In this document: positions 39,569-48,603 of the stretch, piece after piece
Numbering within the stretch: position 1 is the first letter of the stretch
Layout of the letters: the number at the start of each line of letters is the position of its first letter
DNA from: Hormiphora californensis
Lineage: Eukaryota > Animalia > Ctenophora
NCBI GenBank assembly: GCA_020137815.1
Contig: CM035351.1
Span: 248,001 to 312,000 of the forward strand
DNA length: 64,000 nt
Reading direction: 5' to 3'
Notes under the pieces: generated by a model
Database searches by the model: none
The model's input: the letters and a program-made list of their open reading frames with translations, nothing else
What the model was told of the DNA's origin: nothing
Translations under genes and position numbers: made by a program

Positions 39569-40250
39569 ATTGGGTTCGAAAGTGTTGGAAAAATGAAAAT
39601 CGCTAAAACGTTTCGAAAATTTGAAAAAATCTCGCGAGCTGATAGTGTAGTGGAAGCTCTTACGGTAATTCCCACTGTGGGGGGAGTCAGATGACTGGAT
39701 TACTGACTCCTTGTGGCAGCCCATTGTCTATCTCAGGGGGTATGGTAGTCCCGCGGGGGACTAGGGAGGGGGCAGGGGGAGGGTATCTCTCGGGGAAAAA
39801 CTAGGGAGTGGTCCCACAGCCGCGGTCCTGGGGCCTGATGGACCAATACGGGTGCGGTCAACCTGCAATAAATCGGCATTGCCCAAACAGAGGGAATCCA
39901 GCCCTATGACCTTATACCACAACACTCAAGTCTATTTAACAGAACTTAGAGTGCCAACATTGCTAATACGCCAGGGCTCCTGTTGCCATCCTTAAACAGG
40001 CACCGGCAGGTCCAAATCAATTGGCCGGGTGTTCCAAAAAACACGTATAACACATATGTAGCTTATACACCATTGCTTACACGCCAGGGCTCCTGTTGCC
40101 ACCCTAAAACAGGCACCGGCGGGTCCAAATCAATTGGCCGGGTGTTCCCTTCCTAAAAACCGAGTAGGGGCATGGTGCCCCTGGGGAACCCCTGCCCAAT
40201 TTTCAAATAGCGGCACAGGACAAGTATATCTGAATTGCACTGGAACCAAC

Positions 40251-40320
40251 AGCTCCGTGGCCGAATGGCCACAAGTTGGGCTAAGAAACACAAGATCCCA
40301 GGTTCAAATCCCGGTCAAGA
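40251..40320 (+). other. Degenerate tRNA-like / SINE-head segment
   Basis: A-box-like TGGCCGAATGG and B-box GGTTCAAATCC at tRNA-like spacing; the acceptor stem does not pair. Confidence 0.45.
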
Positions 40321-41354
40321 GATTTATAATATTAGACATCTTTTTTCACTTTTGCTTGATATTGAAGCATTTAAGTTTCCGATTATACCGGCGATTTAAC
40401 ACGATAAATACCGAATACTAGACAGGGAGACTAGGTGAACCTACCCTTACCATCGTACCTGAACCAAAAGAAGAACCCTACACCGAACAAAGTCAAGATC
40501 TAACTAAACTAACTACTTAATTTGACCACGAAATCCGGGTTTTTTAGGTGAGCCAAAGCCGACCTCCAAAAGAAAATCGATTCATTACAAGTAGCGTGAC
40601 GCGTCCATATGTGAGGACCCGGCGCTATCGTTCGGCAAAAACCAATTCTGGGAAAACCCCAGTACCGTAAGACATACACTCTTTGGATTTCCAGATGATC
40701 AAAGAAAATAGTAAATACCTATGACAATAAACAAAACCTAAAAACGGGGCACCGCTATATTAAACGGTAACCCCAAAAACGGGGCACCACGTTGGTAACG
40801 AAGTTACCCCTCTGTCGAGGGGTAACAGAACCGCCTACCCGTTTTTAAGTAAATTCCTTAAAAAGTATCGCTGACACGTCCAGGCATGGCACCCCACCCC
40901 ACAATTACTATACTTTACGTAGGGCGTGATGGCACGCCAGGACATGATATGTCACTAGTCCAAGATTTTAGCCTCCGAATCTGCTGTTTTTTACCAACTT
41001 TGTCGAATTTTCACGGCCAAACTATAACTTAATTTGAATTGATTTTATCACAATTGTCCTAGGTATAGTCCACAGCACCATCTCACCGAATATGAAGTTT
41101 CAAAAACGCGATCTCCATCGAAATTCAACTTCAAAAACAGTGTTAATGATGAAATAACATCAAAATTAACATACTACACAATTCTTGAGACAATTTCATG
41201 GCTGTAGAAAAAGGATTTAGCCAAATCTGTTTTATGGTTGAGGCGGTATTAATTTTTGAAAAATATGAAACCGATTCTGTTACCCCTACATAGGGCATTG
41301 CGATAGTAAGGTACGTTTTAGCGTGCCCGCAATGTAGGGGGAACTGCGTTACCA

Positions 41355-42830
41355 AGGCACCACGGCAACCTAAAATCGGGGCGCCACTGCACTATTATAC
41401 GGCAACCCCAAAAACGGGGCACCACTGCATTATACGGCAACCCAAAAACGGGGCGCCACTGCACTATACGGCAACCCCAAAAACGGGGCACCACTGTCTC
41501 ACGCGGCAACCCCAAAAACGGGGCACCACTGCATTATACGGCAACCCAAAAACGGGGCGCTACTGCACTATACGGCAACCCCAAAAACGGAGCACCACTA
41601 CATTATACGACAACCCAAAAACGGGGCACCACTGCATTATACGGCAACTCTAAAAACGGGGCACCACTGTCTCACGCGGCAACCCCAAAAACGGGGCACC
41701 ACTGTCTCACGCGGCAACCCCAAAAACGGGGTACTACTGCATTATACGGCAACCCAAAAAACGGGGCACCACTGCATTAAACAGCTACTCTAAAAACGGG
41801 GCACCACTGTCTCACGTGGCAACCTCAAAAAAGGGGCACCACTGCATTATACAACAACCCCAAAAACGGGGCACCACTGCATTATACGGCAACTCTAAAA
41901 ACGGGGCACCACTGTCTCACGTGGCAACCTAAAAAAAAAGGGGCACCACTGCATTATACAACAAACCCAAAAACGGGGCACAACTGCATTATACGGCAAC
42001 CCACTGCACTATACGGCAACCCCAAAAACGGGGCACCACTGCATTATACGGCAACTCAAAAACGGGGCGCTACTGCACTATACGGCAACCCCAAAAACGG
42101 AGCACCACTACATTATACGACAACCCAAAAACGGGGCACCACTGCATTATACGGCAACTCTAAAAACGGGGCACCACTGTCTCACGCGGCAACCCCAAAA
42201 ACGGGGCATCACTGTCTCACGCGGCAACCCCAAAAACGGGGCACCACTGCATTATACGGCAACCCAAAAAACGGGGCACCACTGCATTAAACGGCTACTC
42301 TAAAAACGGGGCACCACTGTCTCACGTGGCAACCTCAAAAAAGGGGCACCACTGCATTATACAACAACCCCAAAAACGGGGCACCACTGCATTATACGGC
42401 AACTCTAAAAACGGGGCACCACTGTCTCACGTGGCAACCTCAAAAAAGGGGCACCACTGCATTATACAACAAACCCAAAAACGGGGCACAACTGCATTAT
42501 ACGGCAACCCAAAAACGGGGCGCCACTGCACTATACGGCAACCCCAAAAACGGGGCACCACTGCATTATACGGCAACCCAAAACGGGGCGCCACTGCACT
42601 ATACGGCAACCCCAAAACGGGGCACCACTGCACTATACGACAACCCAAAAACGGGGCACCACTGCATTAAACGGCAACTCTAAAAATGGGGCACCACTGT
42701 CTCACGCGGCAACCTCAAAAAAGGGGCACCACTGCATTATACAACAACCCCAAAAACGGAGCACCACTGTCTCACACGGCAACACAATAACATGGCACCA
42801 CTGCAATATATGTAACGGCAACCCCAGCAA
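41355..42830. repeat. ~35-bp divergent minisatellite with higher-order blocks
   Basis: GGCAACCCCAAAAACGGGGCACCACTGCATTATAC variants. Confidence 0.92.
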
Positions 42831-43794
42831 AACTGATTACGAAGTCTGGATTACTCCGATGAGTCACTAAAGGCTACCTCCCCCCGGCCCCCTCCCTAAA
42901 AAACCGATCCGTCACAGATAGCCTCAACAACAGCCAAGTCGCAAAGCCCTGAGCATAACAGGTCGGATCTGAAACCAAACGGTATGCAACAGTACCGGAA
43001 ACGGTAATCACAACTGCAAAGTCGCCAGCCACTAGAGATATGGTATTGGTACCCCTATTCTAGATGGAACCCAATAACAAACAGTGCCACATGGGCCGAC
43101 TCCTCTTCAAATGCAAATGCATGCGAACGACTCGGTGGACCGACCCCTCCCGCTATACCCAAACCATAAGGTATTAGCCATAACAAGGCAATGCGGGAGT
43201 GAAAAAATAGTGAGACGCTCTAGTTATGGAGACGTCGCTATCGTTCGGCAACTACCTACACCTGGGACAACCCAGGAACGTAAGACTGACACGCTTGTGT
43301 TAGTGCATCCGCTGTCGTAGGTAGGATTTATGCAAGAACTTATTAAGTAGGATCGTCTGTCGGTCTGCATCTCTAAGGTCATCGCTGTCGGAGGGGACAA
43401 CGGGGTAACCCGTTTGAACACTGAAGGCGGCTTTGACCTGGGGGTGTGGGTCGGCGCTCGGGTTGTCGGTGTGTGGGCGCCAAGGGGAGATCCTACGGAA
43501 ATAAGGGCTAGCTGATCCCCAACGTCAGCAGTGTGGATGGAAGTACGGAGGTACATATACACACACACACACACACGGTAATTCCCAGTTTTCGAGCGTG
43601 GGAAAGTTTTCAAACCGTGGGAAAAGAGAGATACATACAATAACTAAGAAAAAACAATTTATTTTTTATAGTTATTGTATGTATCTCTCTTTTCCCACGG
43701 TTTGAAAACTTTCCCACGCTCGAAAACTTTCCCACGGGGCGTGGGAATTACCGTAAGAGCTTCCACTAGTGGAAGCTCTTACGGTAATTCCCAC

Positions 43795-45139
43795 TACGGT
43801 GGCAGATTCCGGCCAAGTGTTTTTTTAGTCAAGTGAAATATTTTTGCTTGAAGTTTTATAAAAAATTTATTTCAAAATAAAAATAAACATGTCCTTAAAA
43901 TTATTGGCCGGAATCTGCCACGCGAGTGGCAGATCTCGGCCAAGATTCTAAAAAAACCTTGGCCAGAATCTGCCAACCACGTGGCAGATTCCGGCCAACA
44001 AACTGAAACTTACTTATATCAAAGCGAAAACCGCTGTACCCGACTAATTTTGATACGCTGAATCACGTAAGCAACTTTTCCAATCCCTCAGAGGTCGGGA
44101 AAGTATCCTAATTGAGCATAATAGGGTCTAATTGACCCCACTTACAACTTTTCACCTGGAAACGATAGACGCTTATGTGAAGGCACTTTTCCGACTAATT
44201 TTGATAAGCTGAATCACGTAAGCTATTTTTCAAAGCCCCCGAGGTCGGGAAAGTGCCCTAATTGAGCAATTAAGGCCAATTAGACCTAATTATACTTAAT
44301 TAGGCCAAATTCCCGACCTCGGAGGGCTTGGAAAAGTTGCTTACGTGATTCAGCGTATCAAAATTAGTCGGAAAAGTGCCTTCACATAAGCGTCTATCGT
44401 TTCCAGGTGAAAAGTTGTAAGTGGGGTCAATTAGACCCTATTATGCTCAATTAGGACACTTTCCCGACCTCTGAGGGATTGGAAAAGTTGCTTACGCGAT
44501 TCAGCGTATCAAAATTAGTCGGGTACAGCGGTTTTCGCTTTGATATAAGTAAGTTTCAGTTTGTTGGCCGGAATCTGCCACGTGGTTGGCAGATTCTGGC
44601 CAAGGGTTTTTTAGAATTTTGGCCGAGATCTGCCACTCGCGTGGCAGATTCCGGCCAATAATTTTAACGACATGTTTATTTTTATTTTGAAATAAAATTT
44701 TTATAAAACTTCAAACAAAAATATTTTAGTGGAAGCTCTTACGGTATTCCCACGGCCGTGGGAAAAGGGAGATAAATAGAAATACTAAGTGAGAGAAATT
44801 TCTCTCTCTTAGTATTTCTATCTATCTCTCTTTTCCCACGGTCGTGGGAATACCGTAAGAGCTTCCACTATTTTAGTGGAAGCTCTTACGGTATTTCCCA
44901 CGCCCCGTGGGAAAGTTTTTGACCGTGGGAAAGTTTTCAAACCGTGGGAAAAGAGAGATACATACAATAACATACAAAAAATAATTATTTTTTTATAGTT
45001 ATTGTATGTATCTCTCTTTTCCCACGGTTTGAAAGCTTTCCCACGGTCAAAAACTTTCCCACGGGGCGTGGGAAATACCGTAAGAGCTTCCACTATTTCA
45101 CTTGATTGAAAAAACTCTTGGCCGGAATCTGCCACCGTA
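43795..45139. mobile_element. Foldback element with 7-bp TSD TTCCCAC, itself carrying two Academ-like MITEs
   Basis: TACGGTGGCAGATTCCGGCCAAG and its reverse complement; arms invert around ~44280; TSD at 43788-43794 and 45140-45146. Confidence 0.85.
44727..45095. mobile_element. Two tandem Academ-like MITEs (44727-44870, 44874-45095) separated by TTT
   Basis: TTT before, between and after; the empty site is shown by the opposite foldback arm. Confidence 0.88.
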
Positions 45140-45225
45140 TTCCCACGCCCCGTGGGAAAGTTTTCGACCGTGGGAAAGTTTTCAAAGCGTGGGAAAAGAG
45201 AGATACATACAATAACTAAGACACC

Positions 45226-45756
45226 ATGGCCGAGTTGTTCAGGTATGCAGGATTGAAACCGGTGAATACAGAACAGCTGCTTCTACCGTGTGAAGGACAT
45301 ACATTTCCTGTCAGTGCCAACACCAGGGACGATGCCCGAATGGACATAGTATGCCGAGGTCTATGGCGGGATATGGAGGCATCCTACCTCGATGTGCGGG
45401 TGTTTCACCCTAATGCTCCCTCCTACCAGAAAACATCAATCGCTCAGCTACACAGAACTCACCAGAACCAGAAGAAAATGGCCTATTTGAGGAGGGTTCT
45501 AAACGTAGAGCAGGGTAGCTTCACTCCTCTTGTGTTTGCTACTTCAGGAGGCTTCGCACCAGAGGTTAAACGAGTTCTGGAATGCGTTGGACACAAAATC
45601 TGCTCCAAGCACCAAGAAGGACTCAGTGAGACGATGTCTTTTATAAGACAAAAGCTCAGATTTAGCCTGTTGAGATCAACCTTAGTAGCATTGAGGGGCA
45701 CTAAGAGGCGTGTGGTACCATTTATGCCGAGCGAAATTGATTTCAGAGTGACGTAA
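45226..45756 (+). CDS. Stand-alone restriction-like endonuclease (RLE, PD-(D/E)XK) of CRE-type non-LTR family, 176 aa
   Basis: ARMDIVCRGLW..YLDVRVFHPNAPSY..KKMAY..FTPLVFATSGG..LRFSLLRS; ATG in CACCATGG context; no RT or CCHC finger upstream. Expression unknown. Confidence 0.75.
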   Translation: MAELFRYAGLKPVNTEQLLLPCEGHTFPVSANTRDDARMDIVCRGLWRDMEASYLDVRVFHPNAPSYQKTSIAQLHRTHQNQKKMAYLRRVLNVEQGSFTPLVFATSGGFAPEVKRVLECVGHKICSKHQEGLSETMSFIRQKLRFSLLRSTLVALRGTKRRVVPFMPSEIDFRVT

Positions 45757-46154
45757 TTTATTCTGTGTTTACCTTTATAAATCGCTAGGGACGTGCGTGG
45801 TGTACCAGGAGTGGTGAATTATGCAGCCATTCTTTATTGTGTCTCTACCTCTTTTCTCCGTGTCCTAACACAATATACCTATGGTACACCCGCACACGTG
45901 TTCCTTTTTTTTTAAAACATTTTCCCAATAGACGAGAAAATTCACTAACCCCAACACCGATTGGCATCACTTTCCAACAGCCGAAGAGAAGCTGCCGAAG
46001 AGAGAAAGGGGGTAACCATATGAAGAGTTAATCGCGATGAGTCTCATTCACATTGGGTTCGATCATTTGCCCCCGGTGTTGGGGTTAGTAATAAATAAAT
46101 CTTAAAATCACTCAAATATTACTATACATAAATAAATAAAATCTCACACATGTT

Positions 46155-46695
46155 TCAAATATTGAAGTCCATGTTTTCCAATCCTGTTGGGGCGTACTTT
46201 GTACGGCATCCTCTCAGCGACCTCAGGGTGGCTACCAGTAGGCAGAATCTGAGCCGCCTTCTGATTGCCGCCAAAGCCTCATTGTAGATTTCTCCGTGTT
46301 TCTTTTCAATTAGTTTGGCTGTCTTCTTAATCGCTTTGTCCATTTCAGGGCCAACACCACCTGTTGTGGTAAACACTAGTGGAGAAAAGGTCCCGCCCTC
46401 GACAATCTGGACTCGTCTCATGTAACATGTCTTCTTGGACTTCTCGTGGTTTTTGTACAGAGATGATGGCTTGATGTTGAGATAAGAAGCTGCCATCGGG
46501 TGACAGACTCTGACATCCATGTAGGACATCTGGTCAGGAGCCCACAATCCCATGCACACGATGTCCATACGGGCGTCTCTATCTGTATTTGCCCACGGAT
46601 ATTGCTGCATTTCTTGGTCGTAATCCTCACATGGTTGTAGGAGTTTTTCAGTTTCTATAGACCTGACACCAGCATAGGATAAGATATCCCAATAG
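46155..46695 (-). CDS. Second, divergent stand-alone RLE frame (ATG at 46610; frame open to ~46695)
   Basis: DILSYAGVRSIETEKLLQPCED..ARMDIVCMGLW..YMDVRVCHPMAASY..KKTCY..FSPLVFTTTGG..LRFCLL; may be a truncated fragment. Confidence 0.7.
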
Positions 46696-46999
46696 ACTCA
46701 TTTTATATTTAATTTATTATTTATTTTTTGTAGTTATTGTATGTATCTCTCTTTTCCCACGCTTTGAAAACTTTCCCACGGTCAAAAACTTTCCCACGGG
46801 GCGTGGGAATTACCGTAAGAGCTTCCACTATGAGATTTCGTTTCATATCAGTTTTGCTTCTGCCAAAAGGAACAATTAAATGTAACGCGCCAAAGATTAC
46901 ACAATGCGTTGCAAAATTGAACTTTGCATATATGCGCGCGCTGCGATTTGAAAAATATGAAAAAATTTAAAAGTTTTAAAAACTAAAAAGTTCAAAAAA

Positions 47000-47295
47000 T
47001 AGGGATCCCTAAAAAAGTTCAGTATTTACACAGAGTTTACACAGTCTTTACACAGTCGTTACACCCAGAGCGGCGCGTGCTGCGTTTTGCGGCTTTTTCT
47101 AAGAAAATATTGGATTGTGTGCTGCACAATTGGGTAAATTGAGCGCTGCGGCGAAAAAAGTTTCCGAAAACGCTGCAAATCGAGTGCGAAAGACGCAGTC
47201 TTTACACCCAGAGCGGCGCGGGCGCTCTGGGTGTAACGACTGTGTAAAGACTGTGTAAACGCTGTGTAAATACTGAACTTTTTTAGGGATCCCTA
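47000..47295. mobile_element. MITE
   Basis: TAGGGATCCCTAAAAAAGTTCAGTATTTACACAG and its reverse complement. Confidence 0.8.
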
Positions 47296-47318
47296 TAAAA
47301 ATTTGACCAAATCTACCC

Positions 47319-47473
47319 TAAAGTCGGATTTTTTGAAGTTGTCACCCCCCTTCTCGTGCGCGGAATGTTTTTGCGCGTCACATGACATGTTAACGTGTGG
47401 TGTGCGCGTCAAAATTGATAAATTTCACACGCGCAGTCGTTTTGGGGTGACAACTTCAAAAAATCCGACTTTA
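47319..47473. mobile_element. MITE
   Basis: TAAAGTCGGATTTTTTGAAGTTGTCACCCC and its reverse complement. Confidence 0.75.
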
Positions 47474-47567
47474 TTCAGTATTATTCTGGCACCTGATTGG
47501 TTAACCTAGCCCCGCTAGATGTTTTCCGATTCGTTCACTTGTTACTAGCAAAACTTTACATGTGATA

Positions 47568-48191
47568 ATGACCGAATTACACGAAGCCTGTGCAATCGGG
47601 GACGAAGAAGTGGTACAGGATTTAATTTTCAAAGGTTGATAATCAAAGGAATTAATTTCTTACTTGCTGAATAGCTTACCCAATAGCTAGAAAGAGGTAT
47701 TGAAATAATTCAACTCTCAATTTCAGGATCTAATTTGAACGAAAAGGACCAAGAATGGGGCGGAAGGTCACCACTACATTGGGCAGTCAGTAACTGTCAT
47801 TTCTACGTAACTCAACTTCTTATAAACTCTGGTAAGTGGAAAGGGGAGCAGGGGACTCACCTACATCCCTGCCAATACCTCCATTTTTCCCTAAATCACA
47901 ACTTCTTTAGGAGCGAGTGTCAATGCAAGGATGAACAATGGCTGGACTCCACTTCATTGTGCGGCAGAGGCAGGCAGTAAGAAGATAGTGAAACTATTGC
48001 TAGACCACGGCTCTAACCCCTGGGCAAGTGATCGGTACGGTGACACACCCCTTGAAGTGGCACGCGTTTATCACAAAGTCGAGGTGGTGGAGGTTCTCGA
48101 GAGTTTTGTGAACTCCAACGCCCCTGATTGCACTCTGGAGGAGGAGGAGAAGCTGCTGGAGCTTGAGGAGCTACAACTTGATACCGGGTGA
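47568..48191 (+). CDS. ANKRD66: Ankyrin repeat protein, ANKRD66-like; exons 47568-47634, 47727-47831, 47911-48191
   Basis: MTELHEACAIGD..NEKDQEWGGRSPLHWA..GWTPLHCAAEAG..DRYGDTPLEVARVY; phases consistent; AATAAA at ~48312. Confidence 0.78.
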
Positions 48192-48603
48192 CATTCTCAC
48201 AGCAGAATCTTATTCAGAAAGTTTCAAATGATATTATTTGAGACATGATTATTATAACTAAGTTTGACCTACTGAAACTGTTTAAAGTTGTAAAGAACTG
48301 TATATTATGTTAATAAAGTGTTAATTTGCTAATCACACAGACAGCCCAACTTCATGTTTATTACTACGTGTGGTAGATGCACGTGAATAGTGTCTAATCA
48401 ATCAGACAAACTTTTATCAGCACACCTACTGTCAGTATAGAGGCAAGAGAGAAGAGAGAAGAGACTCTACATGAATGATTTTAATTTTATTTTCTACGAA
48501 TTCCGTTTGAACTTATCTTGGCTTCAAATTACAACACCCTTGTTTCTTCTCTCCAATTCTCCCCATCACTCTCTCTCTCTCATTTTATCTTATCTCCAAA
48601 GCC

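Larger units (their letters stand above)
39675..43574 (+). mobile_element. 3.9-kb non-coding insertion with (CA)n end and 13-bp flanking direct repeat
   Basis: ACGGTAATTCCCA at 39662-39674 and 43575-43587; interrupts an Academ-like TIR. Confidence 0.65.
39648..46830. mobile_element. Composite nest of Academ-like TIR elements (termini TAGTGGAAGCTCTTACGGTA)
   Basis: Same terminus starts at 39648, 43767, 44727 and 44874 and ends inverted at 43768, 44870, 45095 and 46830; 3-bp TTT TSD on the inner copies. TAG ends with 3-4 bp TSD are typical of Academ; the superfamily call is an inference. Confidence 0.75.

Noticed and set aside
40251-40320. Functional tRNA gene
   Set aside because: A and B boxes are present, but the acceptor and anticodon stems do not pair convincingly.
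39645-46833. Single clean 7.2-kb transposition unit
   Set aside because: The outer flanks (GTG vs TGA) do not form the 3-bp TSD seen on the inner copies, so it is treated as a composite nest.
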